NCBI GenBank assembly: GCA_965226885.1
Contig: CBDDEL010000010.1
Location: 160,001-224,000, forward strand
DNA from: Opitutales bacterium
Lineage (GTDB): Bacteria; Verrucomicrobiota; Verrucomicrobiia; Opitutales; UBA2987
Reading direction: 5' to 3'
DNA length: 64,000 bases
Made by a program: the position numbers and the translations under genes. This document shows, piece by piece, positions 42,284-52,387 of the stretch. Below the pieces are notes generated by a model. The model was given only the letters and a program-made list of their open reading frames with translations, was not told where the DNA came from and did not search any database. Every line of letters begins with the position of its first letter. The stretch's first letter is position 1.

Positions 42284-43889
42284 GGTAGTGTATAAAAAAA
42301 GAATGTTATTTTGTATTTTTAGCTGTACAAATAGCGCTAGGCAGTTTATTCTTAGTGCATGGTTACTAAAATTATTAATTGTCGGCACTGTGGAAGTGAA
42401 AATATCATTAAATTTGGCAAGACGCCCAACCATAAACAGCGCTACCGCTGCCATGATTGTGGTAAACAAAGCCGCGAAAACCCCACAGTGAAATACACCG
42501 AAGAGCAAAAAGAAATGGGTAGTGTTAACATTTTGAATGTTTAAGCTGTACTTTTTAGCGTGATTATGTTGTGAACTGGGAATGGTCCATATCACAGTAA
42601 AATGTCCTCAATGCGGAAGCGATCACATCATCAAGCACGGCAAGGATCCGAAAGGGGTTCAGAAGTATCGATGCAAGGGGTGTGGTTATCAGTTTCGGCT
42701 TCACCCCAAAAGTCGTGAGCATCCTCCGGCGCTGGTCAAGCAGGTGCTCCGTGCGCACCAAAACCGGATGAGCCTGCGTGCCATTTACCGTACCTTCGGG
42801 GTAGCCCCAAAGACGGTCATCGAATGGATTAAAAAAAAGTCCTGAGTTTGCCGAAGCTGGAGTCCACTCTGCTTGCCCGCCAGTGTAGTGATGTGCTGGA
42901 ACTGGACGAGGTGTGGTCATTCTGGGGCGATAAGCGTTCGGGGCAGGTATGGCTATGGGTAGCCTTGTGTCGACGTACCCGACAGGTCGTCGGGTTTTCT
43001 CTGGGTGATCGTAGCGATCAAACGTGCTGGCAGTTGTATCACAACATCGCCCAGCCCTATCGCGACTGTGCCACCGTAAGCGATTACTGGGAAAGCTACG
43101 ACAAGGTTTTCCCTCACAACAGCGCCAGCGGGAAACAATCCGGCCAAACCGCCCATATCGAACGCTGGAACAATACCTTGCGACAGTCCCTGTCACGCTA
43201 TGTGCGTAAAACGCTGTCATTCTCGAAGTCTTTGATCATGCATTTTCGCGTCCTGTGCTTGTTCATCTGGGAATACAACAGCAATATCAAACATTCGTCA
43301 TGTTAACACTACCAAGAAATGATCCTTCGAGTCTATCAGGAACGCAGCAGTCTACGCGGTTTACAGCGCGCCTTCGGGGTGAGTCCCAACACCGTTTTGA
43401 GTTGGTTAAAAAAAACGACAATCGCTGCGACCGCTCAAAAGCACGATTCTTGCGGCCCGCCGCCATGATGTCATTGAACTGGACGAACTGTGGTCTTTTG
43501 TGGGGCGCAAGAGCGATGCCCAATGGGTTTGGATCGCTCTTTGCCGACGCACCCGTCAAATCCTCTCCTATGCCATTGGGCCTCGGGATTGGTATCGTTG
43601 CCGGGAACTTTACGAGCGTCTGCCACGGGCCTACAAAAGATGTGCCACCTACAGCGACTTTTGGAGCACTTATGATGAAGTCTTTCCTCATAACCGATCC
43701 GTGGGAAAAGAAACCGGTGAAACGGCCCATGTGGAACGATGGAACAATACCCTGCGCCAACGACTGGGTCGTTTCACACGCAAAACCCTCTCCTTTTCCA
43801 AGCTTAAGAGTATGCATGAAACCTGTCTGAGACTTTTCATTCATCAATATAATCAAGAATTAGCCACCATTCCTACTTAATACACTACC
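42284..43889 (+). mobile_element. IS1 type A interrupted by IS1 type B
   Basis: Outer 8-bp TSD AAAAATAT. Confidence 0.95.
42518..43313 (+). mobile_element. IS1 type B, 796 bp (insA 42582-42845, insB to 43306)
   Basis: Both IRs; 8-bp TSD AAGAAATG. Confidence 0.95.
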
Positions 43890-44063
43890 AAAAATATTAT
43901 GTGCCGAATTTGAAAGACGCCTCCGCCATTCAGCAAGGCAAAATCGGTTTTTGGGGATAAGTATCCGCCAACGTTTGCCGGGCGCAGGAAATTCATTGCC
44001 CTTTCCCGTCATTTCGGAGACACTGCGGGACAAGTTTCTTTCGGATTAAATCGCTGCCTGCTT

Positions 44064-45284
44064 ATGGATATTAACGCTCTCATTCACGGATTCGGCTCCA
44101 TCGGGATGTTCAACTCGCGGGCTTTCCTGCCTGCTTTTGTCACGGCGGTGTCGCTGCGCTATGGCTCCTCCTTTCCCATCATCGGCAATCTCGACCTGCT
44201 TCAGGCCACCGGGGCCGAGCCCACCTGGTTCACCCACAACGGAACCATCGGGGCGCTGGCGCTGCTGGCCCTGGTGGAGGCCTCGGCCGATAAAATGCCG
44301 GAGGCCAAACCGGTTCTCCAAGGGGTCGACAAATACTCCAAAACGGTCCTCGCCGGGCTGACCTACATGGGAGTGGTCAATGCGGTCGATGTCCAGTTTA
44401 TTGACGATACGCTGGCCTACGCCCATGCCAATGCCGGAATATTCGACACCCTCCCCGCAATGCTGGTGGCGGCTGGCACTTTCCTGACCACTTCCCTGCG
44501 CAACGGCGTCCATGAAATCATCGCTACGGTCGACGAGGATGACGACCTGGGCCTCCAAAACCTGATCAGTTGGGCGGGCGATTTATGGGCCGGGTTCGGC
44601 ATCCTGCTGCTGCTGGCCTTTCCCATCTTGATGCTCCTGGTAACGGGCGGCGCCATCGGGCTGCTCTGGCTGGTCAAAAAATATTTCCTTTACCGCGAGG
44701 AAAAATCGAAGGCCGGGTGCGCCTCCTGCGGCGAACCCATTTACCGCCATGCCCTGGCCTGCCCAAAATGTTCCACCAAGGTGGATAAACCATCCAAAGT
44801 GGGTGTCTTCGGACAATCGAAAAAACAACCCGCTACCAACCTCGAAGTCCAACCCTACCGACTGGCGGCCAAGAAACGCTGCCCCGTCTGCGCCACCCGC
44901 CTGACCGAGCGAACCGTCAAGCAAACCTGCCAAGCCTGCGGCCACCCGTTCATGGAAGACAAAGAGTTCGCTGAAAAATACGCCAGCCGCATCACACGGC
45001 GCTTACCCGGGGTCCTCGTCATAACGGCCCTCCTCAGCCTCATCCCGGTGCTCGGGTTGGTGCCCGGCATCATCTACTACCGGCTGCGCCTGGTGGCTCC
45101 CTTCCGCCAATACATCCCCCGAGGGCGCACCCTCATCCTCAAATGGATGATCCGCCTATTCTTCTTCATCCTCATCGCCCTGCAATGGATCCCCGGCCTC
45201 GGAGGAATAGTAGTCCCCCTCATGGCCCTAACCAGCTACACCGCCTTCAAAAACCAATTCCGCAAATTGGCGGGTATTGGGTGA
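44064..45284 (+). CDS. DUF4126-like membrane protein with a central multi-CxxC zinc-ribbon region
   Basis: N-terminal SRAFLPAF...EASADKMP; CASC, CPKC, CPVC, CQAC; C-terminal TM helices. Confidence 0.75.
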   Translation: MDINALIHGFGSIGMFNSRAFLPAFVTAVSLRYGSSFPIIGNLDLLQATGAEPTWFTHNGTIGALALLALVEASADKMPEAKPVLQGVDKYSKTVLAGLTYMGVVNAVDVQFIDDTLAYAHANAGIFDTLPAMLVAAGTFLTTSLRNGVHEIIATVDEDDDLGLQNLISWAGDLWAGFGILLLLAFPILMLLVTGGAIGLLWLVKKYFLYREEKSKAGCASCGEPIYRHALACPKCSTKVDKPSKVGVFGQSKKQPATNLEVQPYRLAAKKRCPVCATRLTERTVKQTCQACGHPFMEDKEFAEKYASRITRRLPGVLVITALLSLIPVLGLVPGIIYYRLRLVAPFRQYIPRGRTLILKWMIRLFFFILIALQWIPGLGGIVVPLMALTSYTAFKNQFRKLAGIG

Positions 45285-45465
45285 ACTTGTATTGAAATCC
45301 CCAACGAATGCCGTAAGTTTAGATTAGTTTTGCCTAATTTAATCTAGTTCGGAATACCTGGATGAGGCAGAATGACAACTCGCCTGCTTTCGGTCGTGTT
45401 TTCAAATGTGTGCTTGCCGGTTTAACGTGGGAATCGGGGATTTTTTAAAGATAAATCCCTACCCA

Positions 45466-46188
45466 TTAAGGCACTAGCTGCTTTCGGATTCGCAGGAGGT
45501 CTTCTACGTGCTGGCCGGAAATGGATTTGAGGTTGGGTGTAATTTGTAAAGCCACTTGCACGGTTTTGCAATAGGCCTCGATGTTTTCCATTTTCCAGTA
45601 GGCGTCCTCCATATCTTTGCCCCAGGTGATGACTCCGTGGTTGATCATGAGGATGGCCGAATGGTCTTTGCCCACCCGCCCGACCTCCTCGGCGTTTTCG
45701 GGGCTGCCGGGGGTGCGGTATTGGGAAAGCCCGATCTCGCCCAAAAAAATCTCCGCCTCCGGGGTCAGATTGCGTGGCGGAGTTTTGCCCGCCAGGGCAT
45801 AGGCCGTGGCATAGGGCGGGTGGGCATGGCAGCAGGCTAGCGCTTTGGGCTGCCGCTTCATAATCCCGATATGGGTAAGCGCTTCGCTCGTGCGCGGTCG
45901 GCGACCGGCCAATTGCTTGCCCTCCAGATCGATGAGGCACATATCTTCCGGTTGCATAAAACCTTTGGAAATCAGCGTCGGGGTGCACAAAACGAGGTTT
46001 TCATCGACTCGAATGGTCAAATTGCCTCCGTTGCCGTCGGTGAATTCACGCTGCCACATCCTGCGCCCGATATCGCAGAGGCGCTCCTTCAATTCCTCCA
46101 TGTCGGGAGAAACAAACAAGTCCTCGACGCTTTGGCCAGTGGGATCATTTTTTGCCGTTAGTTTACGATGTTTATTATCGTTGCTCAT
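45466..46188 (-). CDS. Class II aldolase/adducin family (fuculose/rhamnulose-1-phosphate aldolase-like)
   Basis: GNGGNLT, TSEALTH, HAHPPYATA, NHG. Confidence 0.9.
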   Translation of the reverse strand: MSNDNKHRKLTAKNDPTGQSVEDLFVSPDMEELKERLCDIGRRMWQREFTDGNGGNLTIRVDENLVLCTPTLISKGFMQPEDMCLIDLEGKQLAGRRPRTSEALTHIGIMKRQPKALACCHAHPPYATAYALAGKTPPRNLTPEAEIFLGEIGLSQYRTPGSPENAEEVGRVGKDHSAILMINHGVITWGKDMEDAYWKMENIEAYCKTVQVALQITPNLKSISGQHVEDLLRIRKQLVP

Positions 46189-46199
46189 ATTTTATCTTT

Positions 46200-47699
46200 C
46201 TAAATTTTCAGAATATTTTTAAAACGCTCATAGGGTTCATTCCAAGCCTTATGGTTGACGGGCTCAAATCTTTCCAGCGGAAACGACCTTCCAATCAGGG
46301 CGCGCCCCTGGCCGAGATCGGAACACTTGCCGCAAGCGATCAATTGCATCAGAATATTCCCCAGTGAAGTCGCCTCCACCGGCCCGGCCAGCACGGTGAT
46401 TCCCGCGGCGTCCGCCGTCATCTGGTTGAGAAGCCGATTTTGCGAGCCGCCCCCGACAATGTGCAGGGTATCGAGTTTGCCATCGTAAATTTCCTTCAAC
46501 CGCTCAAGGGCAAAGCGGTATTTCATGGCCAGACCCTCGAAAATCGTTCGCGCCAGAGAGCCTTTGCTTACCGGCGGAACCTGGCCCGTCTTTTCGCAGT
46601 ATTGCCGGATCTTTTCAGGCATGTCTCCGGGATTGGCAAACTCGCTGAAGTCGGAATCGATGAGAGCGGTGAAGGGCGGCGCTTCAGCGGCCAGTTCAAC
46701 CAGTTTGGCGTAGTCGAGGTCCTCCCCCTCCTCGCTCCAATGCCGGCGGCACTCCTGGATTATCCACAATCCTGCAATACTGGTGAGAACCCGCAAGGTT
46801 CCGAAAACGCCTCCTTCGTTGGTGAAATTATAATCAAAACTCATATCCGAAATAATCGGCCGGTCGCATTCCACCCCGAGCAGGGACCAAGTCCCTGAAC
46901 TGAGATAGGCCCAGGAATTTCCTTCCGCCGGAATGGCAGCGATAGCCGAGCCGGTGTCGTGCGCGGCGACGGCGATTACACGGACACCCCGCAGACCGGT
47001 TCTGGAAGCGATATCCTTTTTCAATAAACCCAGATAAGTCCCCGGAGGCGTCGGATCGGAGAATAATCTTGTAGGAATTCCCAGCCGTGACATGAGGTTG
47101 AAATCCCATTTGCCGCTCCGGACCTCCATACACTGGCTGGTGCTCGCGATGGTGAACTCATTGCCAAATTTGCCGCTCAGCCAATAGTTGATCAGGTCGG
47201 GGATGAAAAGCAGTTTGGCCGCCCGCCCCAGTTCAGATTTGGGTGACTCTTTCTCGGCCATTAACTGAAAAAGGGTGTTGAAAGGCAAAAACTGTATCCC
47301 GGTAGCCTCATAAATATCCTTTTTGGGCACGATCTGAAAGACCCGTTCCATAACGCCAGCGGTACGTTCGTCCCGATAAGCCACCGGTGCGCCCAGCAGG
47401 GTGCCCGCCTCATCGACCAATCCGTAATCCACACCCCACGCATCGACTCCCAGGCTGTGGATTTTTGCCCCATAACGATTGCCGGCTTTTTTCAAACCTG
47501 CGCAAATACCCTCGAACAGGCCCTCGATATCCCACCGCAAATGCCCGGAATCCCGTCGGGCCACATTGGGAAAGCGATGCACCTCTTCCAGCCGGAGGCG
47601 ATCCTCCTCATAAAGACCCGCCACCACGCGGCCGCTCTCGGCCCCCAGGTCAACGGCAAGATAGCAAGTTTCCTCTCCGCCCATGCTTTCTTTCCCCAT
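46200..47699 (-). CDS. rhaB: Rhamnulokinase-family FGGY sugar kinase
   Basis: LAVDLGAESGR, DAWGVDYG, FNTLFQL, HDTGSA, SSGTWSL, VGGGSQN, GPVEAT. Substrate is not certain. Confidence 0.88.
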   Translation of the reverse strand: MGKESMGGEETCYLAVDLGAESGRVVAGLYEEDRLRLEEVHRFPNVARRDSGHLRWDIEGLFEGICAGLKKAGNRYGAKIHSLGVDAWGVDYGLVDEAGTLLGAPVAYRDERTAGVMERVFQIVPKKDIYEATGIQFLPFNTLFQLMAEKESPKSELGRAAKLLFIPDLINYWLSGKFGNEFTIASTSQCMEVRSGKWDFNLMSRLGIPTRLFSDPTPPGTYLGLLKKDIASRTGLRGVRVIAVAAHDTGSAIAAIPAEGNSWAYLSSGTWSLLGVECDRPIISDMSFDYNFTNEGGVFGTLRVLTSIAGLWIIQECRRHWSEEGEDLDYAKLVELAAEAPPFTALIDSDFSEFANPGDMPEKIRQYCEKTGQVPPVSKGSLARTIFEGLAMKYRFALERLKEIYDGKLDTLHIVGGGSQNRLLNQMTADAAGITVLAGPVEATSLGNILMQLIACGKCSDLGQGRALIGRSFPLERFEPVNHKAWNEPYERFKNILKI

Positions 47700-48469
47700 T
47701 ACCAACAGGTAAAACCTCCATCAATGACGAGATCGTGTCCCGTGATATAGTTGGCCGCCGGAGATGCCAAAAAGACCACTGCTCCGCAAATTTCTTCGAC
47801 ATTGGCCAAACGTCCCATAGGTGTATCGCGATTCCAAAGGTCGTGAAATTCTTTCACCTTCAAGGTCATTTCAGTTCCCGTATAACCGGGACTGATGGAA
47901 TTTACGTTGATGCCACGGGAAGCCCATTCGGCAGCCAAAGATTTGGTTAATTGGATCACTCCGGCCTTGGCAGAATTATATGCGCACTGGCATTGGGGAC
48001 GATTCACGATCTGCCCAGACATTGAGGCGGTATTGATAATCCTCCCACCCCGGCCTCCTTTAATCATTGCCCTTCCAGCCGCCCGGGCGCAGTAAAAAAC
48101 GGCATTAAGATCGACGGTGATGACATCCAGCCACTGCTGGTCGGTCATCTCCTCCGCCTCGGCATTAATACAAATGCCCGCATTATTGAAAGCGATGTCA
48201 AGCTTGCCGAACCTCTCCACGACTTCAGCGACCATCGCGTTCACGCTGGCGGAATCTGTTACATCACACTCAATGAAATGCGATCTACGGCCCAGCGCCT
48301 CAATCTGCCTGGTCGTTTTTTTGGCCGTTTCTCCAACCATATCCACCGCCGCGACATCCGCCCCCGCCTCGGCCAGAGCGAGGGCGCAAGCTTTTCCGAT
48401 GCCGCGGCCCGCGCCAGTCACGAAAGCAGATTTGTTCTCCAGTTTGAAGCTATCCAGGATTGTTGGCAT
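47699..48469 (-). CDS. SDR oxidoreductase (polyol dehydrogenase / ketose reductase-like)
   Basis: TGAGRGIG, NNAG, ASMSG, YNSAK, SPGY; TAATG coupling to the kinase. Confidence 0.9.
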   Translation of the reverse strand: MPTILDSFKLENKSAFVTGAGRGIGKACALALAEAGADVAAVDMVGETAKKTTRQIEALGRRSHFIECDVTDSASVNAMVAEVVERFGKLDIAFNNAGICINAEAEEMTDQQWLDVITVDLNAVFYCARAAGRAMIKGGRGGRIINTASMSGQIVNRPQCQCAYNSAKAGVIQLTKSLAAEWASRGINVNSISPGYTGTEMTLKVKEFHDLWNRDTPMGRLANVEEICGAVVFLASPAANYITGHDLVIDGGFTCW

Positions 48470-48717
48470 ATTTGCAATGTTGGTTCAGTTTTCATCAGAT
48501 TACAAGTTCCGGGATGAATTCCGTTAGAAAACTTCTGGGGCCATTATTGAGGCCTGTCGGGAAATTGCTCTGGCGCAGAGCCGAAACTTGACGCCTGGAA
48601 TCGATTGGCGTACTTTTGGCAACGGTCTTTGCAAGGCGTTGAGAGGAAATCCGTTGCCCTGCTGTTGATTTAAATGCATTATTTGAAATGAACAGTCGTA
48701 TTCGATAAATACTCGCT

Positions 48718-50082
48718 ATGAAAAAATTTACCCGGCGAAAATTCGTCAAGAAAACGGCTGCGGCAGCCGCCGGTGTTTACATCTTGCCGCGGTTTAGCAT
48801 CGGGCAGGAAGGCCCGCCGCCCGGCAGCAAGCTGAATATCGCTTTCATCGGCGCGGGAGGCCGTGGAAAAGCAAATTGGGAAGGGTTGGCCGACGAAAAT
48901 ATTGTGGCTCTTTGCGATGTTGAAGCCACCCGCCTCAACAAAGCATTGGAGGAAAATCCTGAGGCAAAGGGTTTTCAGGACTTTCGGGTCATGCTGGACA
49001 AAATGGGCAGCCAGATCGACGCCGTGGTGGTGGCGACACCCGACCACATGCATTTTGCCGCCACCATGGAGGCGATGCAGCGAGGCAAACATGTATTTGT
49101 GGAAAAACCCCTGGCCCATAACATCTGGCAGTGCCGCACGCTCAAAAAAGCGGCCCGCCATTACAATGTCATAACGGCTTTGGGAAACCAGGGGCATGTC
49201 ACCGAAGGCATTCGCCTGGTCAAAGAGTGGGTCGATGCCGGCGTATTGGGCGATGTGACGGAAGTTTTGGCCTGGTTCGATGGTCCGGAGTTTGGCGAGG
49301 GGAAATATTTTCAAAAACCCGACAGTTATCCTCCGGCTGAGGAAGAGGTTCCACAAGGACTGGACTGGGATCTCTGGCTCGGCCCGGCCCGTTGGCGGCC
49401 CTACAGCCAATTTTACCTGCCTCGTCTCTGGCGCGGGTGGTATGATTTCGGATGCGGTGAATTGGGCGACTGGGCCTGCCATACCTTAGACGCTCCTTTC
49501 TGGTCGCTCGATCTGGGCATGCCGACTGAAGTCAAAGCAACGAGGCGTTCGCGCTCCAAGAAAGGATTCGTCCCGGACCGTTCCGTCATTCGCTATAGAT
49601 TCCTGGCTAGGGGCGACAAGCCGCCGGTTACCTTGAAATGGTATGAGGGCGGCCTCAAGCCGCGCCCTCGATCCAAATGGGGAATGAAAGAACTGCCTGG
49701 GTCCGGCATGATCATGGTTGGAGACAAGCTATCCCTCATGACCGGGGGACGCCCCAATAGCCCCAAACTGCTGCCGGAAAAAGTCTGGGAGGAATTCCGT
49801 AAAAATCCACCACCGGAGACGATTCCGCGCATCAAAGGATCCCACTGGACAGAATGGGCCCAAGCAGTCAAGGGCGAAGGCCTGATGCCTTTGTCCGCAT
49901 TTGATTATGGAGCCGAATTAACGGAAATGGCATTGGTCGGCGTGCTGGCCCAACGCTTCGAAACCCTCATCGAATACGACGCCCAGAACATGCGCGTGAT
50001 CAATCATCCCGAATTCGATGCCTATCTAAAAGAGCCCGTTCGCAAGGGCTGGGAATACGGTGAGGAAGTATGGAAAGCTTAG
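48718..50082 (+). CDS. Gfo/Idh/MocA oxidoreductase with Tat signal
   Basis: TRRKFVK, IGAGGRG, ATPDHMH, VEKP, GDWACH. Confidence 0.92.
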   Translation: MKKFTRRKFVKKTAAAAAGVYILPRFSIGQEGPPPGSKLNIAFIGAGGRGKANWEGLADENIVALCDVEATRLNKALEENPEAKGFQDFRVMLDKMGSQIDAVVVATPDHMHFAATMEAMQRGKHVFVEKPLAHNIWQCRTLKKAARHYNVITALGNQGHVTEGIRLVKEWVDAGVLGDVTEVLAWFDGPEFGEGKYFQKPDSYPPAEEEVPQGLDWDLWLGPARWRPYSQFYLPRLWRGWYDFGCGELGDWACHTLDAPFWSLDLGMPTEVKATRRSRSKKGFVPDRSVIRYRFLARGDKPPVTLKWYEGGLKPRPRSKWGMKELPGSGMIMVGDKLSLMTGGRPNSPKLLPEKVWEEFRKNPPPETIPRIKGSHWTEWAQAVKGEGLMPLSAFDYGAELTEMALVGVLAQRFETLIEYDAQNMRVINHPEFDAYLKEPVRKGWEYGEEVWKA

Positions 50083-50148
50083 CAATTTACGAATAAACGT
50101 CTCCGTTATAATGAACAGGAAATTTCACTCGAATATGCCAGCCGCCTC

Positions 50149-51057
50149 ATGACGAAAATTCGCCGAATCATCCTCATTGCAGCTTCTTTCTTGACTGGTC
50201 TTCTTTTGGCCGCTGCGGATGAGGAAAAGATCAAGGTGTTGCTCATTGACGGGCAGAACAATCACCAATGGGGGCATACAACACCGGCGCTGGTGGATGC
50301 ATTGGAGTCGACTGGAGTGTTTGCGGTCGAAGTATCGACAACCCCTCCCGCGACCCCGCAATCTTCAACAGACCCTGCCAAATGGTCCGGTTGGAATCCC
50401 GATTTTTCCTCGTGCGACGTTGTACTGAGCAATTACAATGGAGAACTTTGGCCGGAAAAAGTTCAGGCTAGATTCGAGAAATTCGTTAATAGGGGAGGCG
50501 GATTTGTCTCCGTGCATGCGGCGGACAATGCGTTTACCGATTGGGTTGAATACAACAAAATGATTGGCGTCGGTGGATGGGGAGGGCGCGACCTTGAATC
50601 CGGTCCATGGGTTTATGTCGAAAATGGCGAAATGAAGCTGGACACCGCCACTTTCGGTAAAGCTGGCGCTCACGGCAAGCGATGGCAATTTGTAGTGGAA
50701 ATCATCGATGAGAAGCACCCCGTAACCAAAGGGCTGCCCGTGCAATGGAAACACACCGAAGACGAACTTTACAGCCGCCTGCGGGGACCGGCGGAAAACC
50801 TCACCGTACTGGCCGTCGCGCCCTCCAAGCTAACGACCCGAATTGAACCCATGCTGATGGCCATTCGATACGGAAAGGGACGTGTTTTTCACACCACTCT
50901 TGGACACAATGTTGAGGCCATGAACTGTGTCGGATTTGTCACCACCCTTCTGCGGGGAACCGAATGGGCCGCCACCGGGGAAGTGATTCGGACGGCAGCC
51001 GTTCCGAGGAATTTTCCCACCGAAGAGAACGTTTCACAAATACCATGTCTTTATTAG
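50149..51057 (+). CDS. ThuA-like domain protein
   Basis: DGQNNHQW, GGGFVSVHAA, DELY, GRVFHTTLGH, RGTEWAA. Confidence 0.88.
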   Translation: MTKIRRIILIAASFLTGLLLAAADEEKIKVLLIDGQNNHQWGHTTPALVDALESTGVFAVEVSTTPPATPQSSTDPAKWSGWNPDFSSCDVVLSNYNGELWPEKVQARFEKFVNRGGGFVSVHAADNAFTDWVEYNKMIGVGGWGGRDLESGPWVYVENGEMKLDTATFGKAGAHGKRWQFVVEIIDEKHPVTKGLPVQWKHTEDELYSRLRGPAENLTVLAVAPSKLTTRIEPMLMAIRYGKGRVFHTTLGHNVEAMNCVGFVTTLLRGTEWAATGEVIRTAAVPRNFPTEENVSQIPCLY

Positions 51058-52387
51058 ATCGTCCCAACATCGTCCTTATCATAAGCGACCAGCAACGAGC
51101 CGACACCATGCCGGGAATGGCTCTGGGTTCCGGCCGGGGCGCGGGTCATACCCCTCATCTTGACTGGCTGGCCAGTCGCGGCACGGTTTTCAGTCGCGCA
51201 TATTGCACCACCCCGATGTGCTCACCGGCCAGGGCCTCTCTACTCTCCGGGCTTTATCCACACAGCCACGGCATCGTCGCCAACCACCAGGAGCGGCCCA
51301 TTTCCCGCCAGATGAAGCTCGCACCTTCCATAAAGATTCTGGCCGATTACCTCAAGCCCGCTGGCTACGATTGCGCCTATACGGGAAAATGGCACCTCGG
51401 AACGGGTAGCGACCGCCGCGGGTTCGACACCTTTGTGACTCGCTCAGGAGATCACGATATCGACCGGGAAGAAGATAATGAAATTCTTCAATTCACGAGG
51501 AAAACGGGCATCGGCATCGGGGGGAAAATAAACGGTTTGGACAGCGATCCTAACCGTTACGAGGCGAAAACAAAGGTGGGTGCTTCCCTGCTCCCGCTGG
51601 CTTTTCACCCATCGTTCCGGAACGCCTCCGCAGCAGCCGGTTTCGTGCGTTCGAGGCGACAGCAAGATAACCCCTTCTGTCTTGTTTATTCCTGCCACGA
51701 ACCGCATTTGCCGTTTATCTCACCGCGCCCGTTCGATTCCATTATTTTCCCATCTAAAGTTAAGCTGTCGGAAAATCCTCTGGACGCTTCAGCCGCGCGC
51801 TTGATGGCGAAGCGGTCGATGGACTGGCAGCTTAAATCGACCGCCCGCTTCCGGGAAGAGGAAATCCTGTCCATCCGGTCAGCCTATATGGGAGCGGTCG
51901 CCTATGTGGATCATCTTGTGGGCATAATCCTGGAAGCGCTCATTGATACGAACCAGTTTGAGGATACGCTGTTTATTTTTACATCCGATCATGGCGAGAT
52001 GCTGGGCAATCACGGCATGATTGCCAAAGGCGCCGTATTTTATGAGGAATTGATGAACATACCCCTGCTTGTCCACACGCCTGGTAAAGAGGGAAAAGCC
52101 AATCTCTGCCAATCCCTCGTTTCTCATATCGATTTGCTCCCCACCATTCTGCATTGGTGTGGCCTGGAAGTGCCTTCAAACCTGTCCGGCAAGGATTTTC
52201 GGCCCCTGCTCGAAGGAGAGGCCAAAAAGGTGAACAAGGGCATCGCTTTTCAACATTACGCCTCCAATTGGGGGGAGCGGCCGGTTCCGTTGCGCGCTTG
52301 GCTGACCGATCGTTGGAAATACGTCGAGGATACGGAAGGGCCGGTAGAGCTTTACGACCTGGAAAACGACCCGCAGGAAATGACTAA

